A stretch of 64,000 nucleotides of DNA from a virus (lineage: Duplodnaviria > Caudoviricetes), in IMG/VR virus record IMGVR_UViG_3300033075_000428, positions 96,001 to 160,000 of that record; one strand, given 5' to 3'. The stretch's first letter is position 1; every line of letters starts with the position of its first letter. The notes beneath the pieces are model-generated. The model ran no database searches, was not told the DNA's origin, and worked only from the letters and a program-made list of their open reading frames with translations. Below are positions 54,854 through 63,578 of the stretch, one piece after another. Made by a program: the position numbers and the translations under genes.

Positions 54854-55428
54854 GTCCTTGCAGAGTGTCGCATGACAGAATCCATAATGGACTCAACAAT
54901 TCTAGCTGAGTCTGCTGGCGTATCATTCTTGACAAGGTTTGGAAAGTATGTGGACTCTTCAATGATGTTCTTATACTTTGTTTTCCTTCCCTTCAAGAAC
55001 TGCTCCTTCTGATTGATTCCTTTTTCTTTCCTCTGCTCACGACGTTGCGCTAGCACTTCGTCAGAACAGGTTAGAATGAACATCATAAGTGATGTGTTGG
55101 GGAGAGTGCGAAGATGATTGAAGAAGTTTTGTTGAAACAATCGGTCTCCCTCAAAGAGAACCACAATCTTCTGCTGTGGTGGAAGAGTAGATAGATGCGT
55201 TGCGAACTTGCGTCCATCTCTAAGAGCTATCATGGACAAGCGGTCTGTCCCAAGGAAAGCATTATCCACATTGTAGATGCCAAGTACAAATATCCCACCT
55301 TGATGCTTTGTGCCGCGAATTAAGTCGAACTGAAAGTCAGTTCCCTCACCCAACTGTGGAAGTATCTGTTGCATGATGTTAGTCTTGCCAGTACCAGGCT
55401 CACCACCGATTGCAATGTATGTAATCAT
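54850..55428 (-). CDS. P-loop nucleotide kinase associated with 5hmdU modification
   Basis: GGEPGTGKT, VLG.Y, F.GTDRLSM, FEGDRL. Confidence 0.8.
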   Translation of the reverse strand: MITYIAIGGEPGTGKTNIMQQILPQLGEGTDFQFDLIRGTKHQGGIFVLGIYNVDNAFLGTDRLSMIALRDGRKFATHLSTLPPQQKIVVLFEGDRLFQQNFFNHLRTLPNTSLMMFILTCSDEVLAQRREQRKEKGINQKEQFLKGRKTKYKNIIEESTYFPNLVKNDTPADSARIVESIMDSVMRHSART

Positions 55429-55679
55429 CGTATTCCAGAGAGTTGTTCTAGTATGCGCTTGCTGAAGGGCTTCTGTTCTGAGAAGCCAGTGAATCCACGG
55501 TTATCGTGGTAAATCTCGGTGATGGTGAGATTCCTATTATCCACGAATACTATACGCTTATTCCCATGTTGGAATAGTATTCTAGGAACAATAGAAGACA
55601 CAGAAAAAACAAGGTCTTGCTCTTCTGTGTCTTGTAAAAGTAACCAATCTTGGTCTTCGAACAATACTGTCACTGACAC
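55425..55679 (-). CDS. hypothetical protein
   Basis: 84-aa ORF, ATGA overlap. Confidence 0.5.
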   Translation of the reverse strand: MSVTVLFEDQDWLLLQDTEEQDLVFSVSSIVPRILFQHGNKRIVFVDNRNLTITEIYHDNRGFTGFSEQKPFSKRILEQLSGIR

Positions 55680-55730
55680 AACCAGCTTTCATGAATCCGT
55701 TTGGAAAGCTGGTAGAACGAATAACCTGTG

Positions 55731-56597
55731 TTACTCGCTAAAGAACTCGCAGTAGAAACCAGAATTGCCGAATGATATCAGGCGCACATACTTTGCGGCG
55801 TTCACAGTTCGTACTTCTGTTGTATTGTTAGCAACAGAAAGTGTCTGGTCATACGCATATGTGTAACCATCTTGTGAGTCCGACAAGATGATTTGAATGG
55901 TGGAACCAGTGGTGTTCTGAATTGAAAGCTTATTGAACTGCTCAAAGCTTGTCTTAATCAGATGCTCATTGGGTGAGGTGTCCCGATGCTTGTATGAAGC
56001 TAGAATGTTCTGGGCAGGTGACGTGTCAGGGACAAAGTAGAACAGAAGCAAGAACGATCCGTCAGCATAATTGATTGTTCCAGCAATGAGGTTCTTACCT
56101 GTTAATCTGCCACGATAGTCATCAACATAGTTTTCAGTTACCCCATCGAACTTTACTTTGAACGTCACGGAACCAGGAGTAATATTCGTCTCTGGCAGTT
56201 GACCGCGATACTTAGTGATGCTAGTAGCAACTGCTACCGAGGTATCATAGTTTGTTACTTGGTAAGGACCAACGGGAGCGTAACTGTAATTACCAGTAAT
56301 AGTAGAAGCATTGTCTGGTGCTGTGCCTGTAAATGTCAACGTCCAAGCACCAGTATAGTAGTTAATGGTTCCTGTTACAGCAGTCCCAGACAGTACACCC
56401 AAACCATCGTCTGTAATTGCTACTGGTGTAGTGGAAACTGTTGCTGTAAAAGCGCACGTTGTTGGTTTAACAACCTTTTGTGCAAGTGTACCAGAGAATA
56501 CTAGGATAACACCATCTGGACTTGAAGAAAGTGTCTCACTGGTTACGTTGGTAACTGCAGCAAACGAGGGAGTTTTTACTATCTTGATATCAGACAT
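55731..56597 (-). CDS. Gly/Thr-rich beta protein, probable virion structural protein (paralog of next)
   Basis: two internal repeats D(D/N)G.G.L.G...GTINY..G. Confidence 0.7.
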   Translation of the reverse strand: MSDIKIVKTPSFAAVTNVTSETLSSSPDGVILVFSGTLAQKVVKPTTCAFTATVSTTPVAITDDGLGVLSGTAVTGTINYYTGAWTLTFTGTAPDNASTITGNYSYAPVGPYQVTNYDTSVAVATSITKYRGQLPETNITPGSVTFKVKFDGVTENYVDDYRGRLTGKNLIAGTINYADGSFLLLFYFVPDTSPAQNILASYKHRDTSPNEHLIKTSFEQFNKLSIQNTTGSTIQIILSDSQDGYTYAYDQTLSVANNTTEVRTVNAAKYVRLISFGNSGFYCEFFSE

Positions 56598-56622
56598 TGG
56601 TGTTCCTATGAGTATTGTTCTT

Positions 56623-56662
56623 AAAACAGAATAGCACCGCCATTTACATGACAGTGCTATTC
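56623..56662 (-). terminator. probable terminator
   Basis: GAATAGCAC/GTGCTATTC stem plus TGTTTT. Confidence 0.55.
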
Positions 56663-56697
56663 CGCTTCAGGGTATTCCATTCTCTCTAGGAGTGGAA

Positions 56698-57543
56698 TTA
56701 AACCATCGTTGCTACCACTTCAAGTGAATCGCCAGTGGAAACTACACGATATGCCTTGTTGGTTTCAACAGCAAAGACCTTTGCAGTTGCTCCAGCAGGA
56801 ATATTGAAGTAGTCAACTGCTGTGTAGGTCACTTCGTCTGGCGACGAGTAGAGGAAACCTTTGACAGCGCCATCTTGGCGAGACTGGATAGAAATCGTAT
56901 TGATGTCGTCAGCCAACTTTGCAACTACTTCTTCGTGAGTTTCCGTATCACGATGCTTGTAGGTGCAAGTCATTGCTGCAACGTCAGGCGGTGTCGAGAA
57001 GTAGAACTTGAAGTATCCATCAAAGTAATTGATGAATCCAGACGACAAGTTACTTCCTGTCAACTTACCTAACTTGTCCTCTGTGAAGGTCACAGGAGAC
57101 GAAGAGAAGTTGATTGAAAACGTGACGGAACCTGGAACGATATGCTTCTTTGGCAAGAAACCTTCGTACACAGTCACGCCAGCGGCACCTGTTACACCAG
57201 TGGAACCAGCAGTAACTTGGAATGGACCGACAAGTGCATATGAATACGAGCAAGTAATTGCAGTCGCATTGTCAGGAGCACCACCAGTGAAGTCTAGCAC
57301 CAGAGCACCAGTAAGGTAGTTAATCGTGCCAGAAACAAGTCCAGCGCCAGTTAACACACCCTTACCATTGTCAGTTGCTGTCTTCGCGGTACCGTCTGTC
57401 CACTTCACAAGCACAGAGCCAGGAACTACTGGCTTGTTCGCGAGTGTCACAGAGAAGTTCACAAGCGTGTTGTCACCAGTGCCGACAGATTCATTCACAG
57501 CATTGGATGCAGCAGCAAACTTCTTGGTTTGAATACGAGACAT
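56698..57543 (-). CDS. Gly/Thr-rich beta protein, probable virion structural protein
   Basis: colinear paralog of 55731..56597 (APDNA..IT..YSYA.VGP.QVT; YKHRDT); AAAGGA RBS. Confidence 0.72.
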   Translation of the reverse strand: MSRIQTKKFAAASNAVNESVGTGDNTLVNFSVTLANKPVVPGSVLVKWTDGTAKTATDNGKGVLTGAGLVSGTINYLTGALVLDFTGGAPDNATAITCSYSYALVGPFQVTAGSTGVTGAAGVTVYEGFLPKKHIVPGSVTFSINFSSSPVTFTEDKLGKLTGSNLSSGFINYFDGYFKFYFSTPPDVAAMTCTYKHRDTETHEEVVAKLADDINTISIQSRQDGAVKGFLYSSPDEVTYTAVDYFNIPAGATAKVFAVETNKAYRVVSTGDSLEVVATMV

Positions 57544-57585
57544 TAGTAAATCCTTTCTTGGTTAAGAGTTTTGTACAAGAATGGA

Positions 57586-58065
57586 TTACTGACGTGCGTA
57601 CATGTTAGCAAACTTCTCCAAATGCTCACGGCCAATCTTCAACAGAGCAGTTGCGATCAGTTCAGACTTCTTCCATTCGGTGATTTCGTCAGAAGTCTTC
57701 GTGCGGGTCGAACCCGTACCTTCGTTGACATAGAAGACGTCAACGTTACCATCTTGATAAAGATGTACTTCTACATACTTTTCTGGAGTGTCCTTCATGT
57801 ACATGATGAATTGTACACGACCGTTACCTTCACGCACGCCTTGACCAGACGTTACGAAATCAGCATGGTCGATAACAGCACCCTTGTACGTCGTCTTGCT
57901 CTTCAACAGCTTTGCAACTTGACCCATTGCAGCGAAGAAGATGAATCCCTTACCAGAAATCTTTTCATTCGTTGGCTTGCGTCCTGCAACCAGCGCATCT
58001 GCAATCTTGCCTGTCGGCGTATTGCTTTCGATTAGCTCACGTAGTGTGGGCATAGTTAACTCCAA
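57586..58065 (-). CDS. hypothetical protein
   Basis: GGAG RBS before MPTLREL; 159-aa ORF. Confidence 0.65.
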   Translation of the reverse strand: MELTMPTLRELIESNTPTGKIADALVAGRKPTNEKISGKGFIFFAAMGQVAKLLKSKTTYKGAVIDHADFVTSGQGVREGNGRVQFIMYMKDTPEKYVEVHLYQDGNVDVFYVNEGTGSTRTKTSDEITEWKKSELIATALLKIGREHLEKFANMYARQ

Positions 58066-58181
58066 AATTGTTTAGTCATTGCTGACCGTGAAACGTTGTG
58101 AACTATTATGACTTGCGGTTACAACGTTTTGTGCGAGCAATAAAGTTCAAAACTTTCTGAGGATAGAATCCATATCTGATT

Positions 58182-59147
58182 CTATAGCTCCCAGTATTTG
58201 GAGTACTTGTTCAACTTTTTGTCTGTGTAGTTTTCTGACAACAGACTGGCGTCGAATGTCTCTCGACGAAAGTCCCAGAGAACAGACCAATCGACACCTG
58301 ATTTTACTCTAGATTGAAGTTCACGTATCTCTTTGGCTTGACGCTCAAGATAATACCCAATCCAACGCTTCTTGATTTTGTATTTCTTGTAAGCACAGAG
58401 TGTGGTTTCGATGCTCCAGATGTTGTCGTTTGGGCGATACTTCTCAATCAAGGTCTTCAACTTCCCAAACTCAGCGTTCAGAAACTGAAGTGACTCCTTA
58501 TCAATCTTCTTTTTGTCAAAGTGATTCATCAAGTCATCTTGCCCAAGAGCGAAGCACAGTCCATTTCTAGAACTCTCCGCATTAGCTAGGTCAAGCTCAG
58601 TTGGAATGAGTGGAATGCCTGTTGTGACATTCACCGCTTCCAAGTATACGAACATTCTGAACCTTCCGAACCACTTGACCTTCGAAAAATGCTTGAATGC
58701 GTTATTGTATGTTTCCATACTGTTCGCACCAGTCAACTCTCGATACTTCATGAGTTGTGTACCTTGCCCAACCAACTCAGAATAGCTCTTCACTACATCA
58801 ACGAATTGGTTTCTGGAACGTATCCAAAGGCAGTCAGACTGGAAAATAGTCTTGTCCTTATTGGCGTACCACCAACGTTCAAGACGATTGAAGTCAATGT
58901 TCTCAAAATCTGGGAACTCGTTGTACATGTAGAAAACAGTAGGAGCGCAATAACATGTAGCTGTTAAGAATGCTATCCATAACCGTTGTTCGATGTTCAA
59001 CTCATAACGGTCACAGATGTAGTCAAGAAGTGGATTCTGGGGGTCAACGTCCTTGAACTTCATTGACTCATCATGGTACTTGAAGAACTCCAAGACTCTG
59101 TTCTCATACGGGAACAACGCTTGCACGTCAGATTGTAGTTCTGTCAT
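58182..59147 (-). CDS. amino acid:DNA transferase (aGPT-Pplase2/AADT family)
   Basis: DVDP, EQRLW.AFL, FGRF..F.YLE, S.RNGL, ETTLCAYKK, GYY. Confidence 0.85.
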   Translation of the reverse strand: MTELQSDVQALFPYENRVLEFFKYHDESMKFKDVDPQNPLLDYICDRYELNIEQRLWIAFLTATCYCAPTVFYMYNEFPDFENIDFNRLERWWYANKDKTIFQSDCLWIRSRNQFVDVVKSYSELVGQGTQLMKYRELTGANSMETYNNAFKHFSKVKWFGRFRMFVYLEAVNVTTGIPLIPTELDLANAESSRNGLCFALGQDDLMNHFDKKKIDKESLQFLNAEFGKLKTLIEKYRPNDNIWSIETTLCAYKKYKIKKRWIGYYLERQAKEIRELQSRVKSGVDWSVLWDFRRETFDASLLSENYTDKKLNKYSKYWEL

Positions 59148-59800
59148 TCAGCACCACGGATTAAACTCTGTGCAATTATTGGCTCTAGTATAGGAAGTGA
59201 TGTGCAATCAACTCCTAATGCTCGCTTAAAGATGTCTTTTGTTGATGCCCAATACACAGTCTGCTGGTCTTCAGTAACGTGATAGTACAATGGACGAAAT
59301 TTGTTTCTTAGTAGTACAATCGTACCATTGCTAGTGTAAGCACCAGCGAATGAACAATTCTCACGTATGACGTTTTCAGGGTGTTGAGGGTCGATCTTGA
59401 CCCGAACAAGGAACATCTCTCCGTCATTGTCTGTCTGCATTGGCTGTTGTAGTTGAATCTCCATTTCCTCTTTCGTGGCCATGGAGATAACACCATTGAA
59501 CGTCAATGCCTCACCACTGACAACCAATGGTTGATTGTTCTCAATCTGGTGGTAGTCACCGCTTGTTGAATACCTTGTGTGCCCAAGAATAGCTCGTGGG
59601 ACAATAGGCAACTGCTTCAGGGAGATGAGTGCGTCGGTCAACTCCAAGAATCGCTCTACATGAATAACAGCGTTGTTATCATAGTATGCGTATCCAAAAG
59701 AGTGTAGGCCACGTATCTTAGCTTCATTGAAAAGCTTCTGCATATTGTGAATATGCGTCTTGCTTGGTGCATTCGTGACGTAGCCAATTACTCCACACAT
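59144..59800 (-). CDS. stand-alone class II (Ntn) glutamine amidotransferase
   Basis: MCGVIG, RGLHSFG, GHTRYSTSG, NNQPL, FNGVI, TDNDGE, RPL. Confidence 0.88.
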   Translation of the reverse strand: MCGVIGYVTNAPSKTHIHNMQKLFNEAKIRGLHSFGYAYYDNNAVIHVERFLELTDALISLKQLPIVPRAILGHTRYSTSGDYHQIENNQPLVVSGEALTFNGVISMATKEEMEIQLQQPMQTDNDGEMFLVRVKIDPQHPENVIRENCSFAGAYTSNGTIVLLRNKFRPLYYHVTEDQQTVYWASTKDIFKRALGVDCTSLPILEPIIAQSLIRGAE

Positions 59801-59803
59801 TGG

Positions 59804-60415
59804 TTAAACTCCTGTCTCGAGAAACGAGTCAACAGGAATGGGCTTGAACTTGTTTGAAATTGAGTCGAACTCAGTTCTACACTTTCCAAGATACTGGTTT
59901 CTTCTGCGAGTTGAGATTGGATTCTCATCTGTATCATACACAGAAGAGCTCAGTGCCTCTGATTTCAAAGTGTCCATATCAACATATGGAGCTACCTTGA
60001 TATCATATACAAGCTCATCATTCGTTGTTGCAATTGGCAAGAATCCAAGCTTGGCATAGAATGCGATAGCTCCTGGATTCTCCTTCAATACTTTCCATGT
60101 TAGACGTGTTAGTCCTTTAGCAACTGCTTCTTGTATGCCACGATTCATGAGCTCACGAGCAATGCCACGCCCTTGTGATTCAGGAGCTACATACACATAG
60201 TACATGTTAGCATAAGTTGACTTCAAGTGCATTGCAGCGTAGAAGCCAACAATCTTTCCGTCTTCAATTGCGATTAGTGGCGGAGTATTCTTCCAACCTT
60301 CATAGCGTACCCACACAAACGGGAACTCCTTGAGGAACTTCCAAGAGCTTTTCTTAACAAGCTGTGCAAGTTCAGCCTCATGTGTGTCTTTGTCAGCTGT
60401 TACATACTCAATCAT
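59804..60415 (-). CDS. GNAT-family acetyltransferase
   Basis: VAPESQGRGIARELM (motif A), N..AIAFYAKLGF. Confidence 0.9.
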   Translation of the reverse strand: MIEYVTADKDTHEAELAQLVKKSSWKFLKEFPFVWVRYEGWKNTPPLIAIEDGKIVGFYAAMHLKSTYANMYYVYVAPESQGRGIARELMNRGIQEAVAKGLTRLTWKVLKENPGAIAFYAKLGFLPIATTNDELVYDIKVAPYVDMDTLKSEALSSSVYDTDENPISTRRRNQYLGKCRTEFDSISNKFKPIPVDSFLETGV

Positions 60416-61080
60416 AATGACCTCAAATTATTAAGCAGTTCTGTCACTTTGACGATAGCTTGTTTTCTTCCGTCTTCAAATATCGAACGTTCCTGTATCT
60501 TAGGAACTGTATATTCACCAATCACAAGGAAACTCTCTTGGTCACAAACGTGGGGTACTGAGCAGAGATTAATATAGTGCTGTGTGGCTAACAGAGTTAT
60601 CTCTACCAATACAGTGCACAATTCCTCAAGTGAGGGATGTATGAGAATCTTTGCTGTATCCTCATCTGAGTTCTTGTTTCTCAAAAGTCCAATCAACGAC
60701 TCAATCTGTTCCTCTGTAACACTGCTTGAACCTTCACGAAGGTTCTCAGACATCCACTCCAGAGTAACAGAAACAAGGCATTCAGACAAGTGGTGCCGTA
60801 ATGAACGAATCTCTGCGGGGTGGTCTTCAACGTCATTCGGGGCTACACACCATTCAAGTATCGAACCACGTCTGAAACACTTGACATATGAACCCATCTC
60901 ATATGGCTTCACTGCGTTGTTCTGCATGAAGTCAAACAGCTGGTGTTGGTAGTCCGCTCGTAAGATAGGCTGTGGTTCCAACGGGTCTTTCGACCTCATG
61001 TCACCAAGTGAAAGTAGCCAGAATGACTCGATGTCTTCGATGTTGTCAAAGATGTATTGAAGTTTCTCAACTGAGGTCAT
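60412..61080 (-). CDS. hypothetical protein
   Basis: 222-aa ORF, ATGA overlaps on both sides. Confidence 0.6.
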   Translation of the reverse strand: MTSVEKLQYIFDNIEDIESFWLLSLGDMRSKDPLEPQPILRADYQHQLFDFMQNNAVKPYEMGSYVKCFRRGSILEWCVAPNDVEDHPAEIRSLRHHLSECLVSVTLEWMSENLREGSSSVTEEQIESLIGLLRNKNSDEDTAKILIHPSLEELCTVLVEITLLATQHYINLCSVPHVCDQESFLVIGEYTVPKIQERSIFEDGRKQAIVKVTELLNNLRSL

Positions 61081-61376
61081 GAATGAACTTTCATATAGAC
61101 ATCTACCAAACTCTTGACTCGCTGTATTGAAATGAATGCAGGAAGACTTAGGTGAGGGACGCTACAGTCATCCTGTTTGCGGCTACCAAAGTTTCTCGCT
61201 GTACGATGTCTACTGAATCGTAGCTTTACAATCGTCTCATTTTGTTCTTTTGTCTTGATTTCTACGTACAAAGAACCTGTCTCCAACAGCTTCGTTGAAA
61301 TCAGGAACCCACGTGAACGAACGTATGTCATTAACTCAATGAGATGCTTTTCTGCAAAATCGTTGATTGGTTTCAT
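61077..61376 (-). CDS. hypothetical protein
   Basis: TGSLY....LRFSRH small phage domain. Confidence 0.6.
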   Translation of the reverse strand: MKPINDFAEKHLIELMTYVRSRGFLISTKLLETGSLYVEIKTKEQNETIVKLRFSRHRTARNFGSRKQDDCSVPHLSLPAFISIQRVKSLVDVYMKVHS

Positions 61377-61381
61377 GACAT

Positions 61382-62194
61382 TTATGATTGTCCATGTAGG
61401 CTGTATCCAGTGTCAAGAAAGAACCTGCTAATCATCTTCGTGTCTTGTGACATTGACGTTGCGATATAGCTCTTCAGGTATGAGATTGCCAATGGATTAA
61501 ATACTGACATCCCATTCAATAAACCTTCGGTAAAGACGAAGTCACCTTCGGGTGTTCGCTTGAACTTCTTCCCAGCGTCACAATACTGATTGTACGAGCA
61601 CTTGGCAATTAACTCAGGCAAGGTAATTTGCTGTCCGTCGTTGAACATTAACCCGTGCTGAGTTAACTGCTTATTGAATACTTTAGCAGTTGCAACAGTG
61701 TCATGCCAAGAGTCATGTGCACCAGTGTGTTCCTCACCAAGATAATCCTTGACAGCAGACGTCAGATTCCTCGGGTTGAACTTCTTGTACACGGTACAAG
61801 CGTCCAGTGAACCAATGTACCGTGGGAAGTATTCATTACACCGAGCAAACTCTTCACGAAGCATTGGTATGTCAAACTCGTCAGAGTTAAATCCTACAAT
61901 GACACTGTCCTCAAGGACACTGACCAGAGTTGGTATCAAATCACGGAACTTTGGTTTCCCAAAAACTGTCTCAACAGTTATGTTGTGAATTGGGTTCGGC
62001 ATGAACGGTACACCTGGGTCTACCAGAGTGTCAAACGAGTATGACCCATTCTCAAATCCAGCACCCACACCAATGAGTGAAATCTGAAGAATGCTATCTT
62101 CAGGGATGCTCAGTCCAGTTGTCTCAACGTCTAGTGTCACTAGCTTTGAGATGTTGAACCTAAGACATAGTTCCTTCATTGATTCAATGTTCAT
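61382..62194 (-). CDS. DEDDh 3'-5' exonuclease (Pol III epsilon-like)
   Basis: LDVETTG, GFNSDEFD, AHDSWHD. Confidence 0.9.
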   Translation of the reverse strand: MNIESMKELCLRFNISKLVTLDVETTGLSIPEDSILQISLIGVGAGFENGSYSFDTLVDPGVPFMPNPIHNITVETVFGKPKFRDLIPTLVSVLEDSVIVGFNSDEFDIPMLREEFARCNEYFPRYIGSLDACTVYKKFNPRNLTSAVKDYLGEEHTGAHDSWHDTVATAKVFNKQLTQHGLMFNDGQQITLPELIAKCSYNQYCDAGKKFKRTPEGDFVFTEGLLNGMSVFNPLAISYLKSYIATSMSQDTKMISRFFLDTGYSLHGQS

Positions 62195-62732
62195 CTTCGC
62201 CTTCTTGGGTTGATAGCACGTCTTTCACTGGTAGAGCAGGAACGACGGTTTCGCCATTGAAGAACTGGTCAAGCCCAACAGACTTGAAATCGTCTTCTGT
62301 CCACTCAACATGCTGTCCAGGGAGTTCCACTCCAGTCACCAGACTTCTACGCTTCAGCTGGTCGATACTGAAACAGGTCTTGCCGTTGTCTTTCGAGAAC
62401 ACTGATGGATTCCGCTTGTTCTGCCAACAGTGATTCCCACCCATATAGTCACTGATGTCAAGCCATTCGTCAGGGTGGTTGGTCAGTGGAGTAATATTCT
62501 TGAACGTAGCTAACGCTACTACAACTTCAAGTACCTCGAACAACGACACACCATCAATTGCGGCTCCATGAATCTTCGTCACAATGTCAAGAACGTTAAC
62601 CGCAAATGATGCTGTAACTTCAAACTCTGGATTGTCAGAATCATAGAATCCAGCGAGTTTGAGTTCATTCTTAGCGTGTTGACGAATCTTGTCAAATGGG
62701 ATAGAGTCACTGTAGTTTAGTGGTTCAGGCAT
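62184..62732 (-). CDS. hypothetical phage protein
   Basis: HA..EL, TPLT..PDEW, WQNKR...VF; start taken at MPEPL. Confidence 0.65.
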   Translation of the reverse strand: MPEPLNYSDSIPFDKIRQHAKNELKLAGFYDSDNPEFEVTASFAVNVLDIVTKIHGAAIDGVSLFEVLEVVVALATFKNITPLTNHPDEWLDISDYMGGNHCWQNKRNPSVFSKDNGKTCFSIDQLKRRSLVTGVELPGQHVEWTEDDFKSVGLDQFFNGETVVPALPVKDVLSTQEGEDEH

Positions 62733-62928
62733 TGAGCACGTCCAGTATATCTGATTTTGTAAACAGAACATCCTCGTGTGGACTCGTACCATCGTTAAAA
62801 TGATAGTTGTCCTGAGGGAAGTCCACCCAAATCCAATCGTCCCCTTGGAATACTCTCTGTTGTAGCTCACCAGACGTGGGGTGTTTCCTGAACAGGAACT
62901 TCACGATGTTTCTTACAACAGTGTCCAT
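62725..62928 (-). CDS. hypothetical protein
   Basis: 67-aa ORF bridging neighbours with short overlaps. Confidence 0.5.
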   Translation of the reverse strand: MDTVVRNIVKFLFRKHPTSGELQQRVFQGDDWIWVDFPQDNYHFNDGTSPHEDVLFTKSDILDVLNA

Positions 62929-63578
62929 TTGCGTACCAGTGATTCATACTTGAATGGGTTAGTAGAGGGTTCGATTGAAGATAGTTCCTTTATCATCTCA
63001 TCATAAGAGTACAATTCTGATGTCATGATTTCACTATCAATCAGTAGTTGTACTGATTGTCTTGAACCAATCATTGTCCCAGAGTTGAAGTCAAAGTGCT
63101 CGAATAGTGGTGTGAGCATTGGAATCATCTCATTCTTTATGATTGAGAGCTTCAATGACATCAACTCGTACTCAAACGGAAGTGTCTCTCCAACTGGTGT
63201 TCTGCTTTCCTCAGCAGTCAGATACTTATCAAGCTTATCACACTGTTGGTGCAATGAGTTCAGCAAATGAGCAAGTCTCAACAACATGACACGAGAGTTC
63301 GTCACTTGGTCACAGTATATGTCATTGTTACGAGTTGATAGTATCTCATTCTTTCGTACGAGATTATTCATCTCATCAGCAACACTACGTCCTGTGTACT
63401 GTTCACTGTTAGATTCACCAGAATCAGTGACGTGCTCAAGAGCATCAGTCATTGACGCTAATACCTTCTCATGAACCTGCATCTGCTCTTCCAGCATGTC
63501 TTTCGTGTATTCACCCTCACCAACAGGGTGCTTCCTCTTGTCCCCAGACGAGAACAATGTTGACAGGAATTTAAACAT
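62913..63578 (-). CDS. hypothetical protein
   Basis: 221-aa ORF, AGGA RBS, downstream of TCGTTCTA motif. Confidence 0.65.
   Translation of the reverse strand: MFKFLSTLFSSGDKRKHPVGEGEYTKDMLEEQMQVHEKVLASMTDALEHVTDSGESNSEQYTGRSVADEMNNLVRKNEILSTRNNDIYCDQVTNSRVMLLRLAHLLNSLHQQCDKLDKYLTAEESRTPVGETLPFEYELMSLKLSIIKNEMIPMLTPLFEHFDFNSGTMIGSRQSVQLLIDSEIMTSELYSYDEMIKELSSIEPSTNPFKYESLVRKWTLL

Noticed and set aside
53479-59147. Both core hypermodification genes end in TAG, suggesting amber control
   Set aside because: Readthrough adds only short featureless tails and makes no in-frame fusion; plausibly chance
619-63474. Many 60-220 aa ORFs antisense to or nested in called genes
   Set aside because: No motifs or RBS, and fully overlapped by better-supported genes
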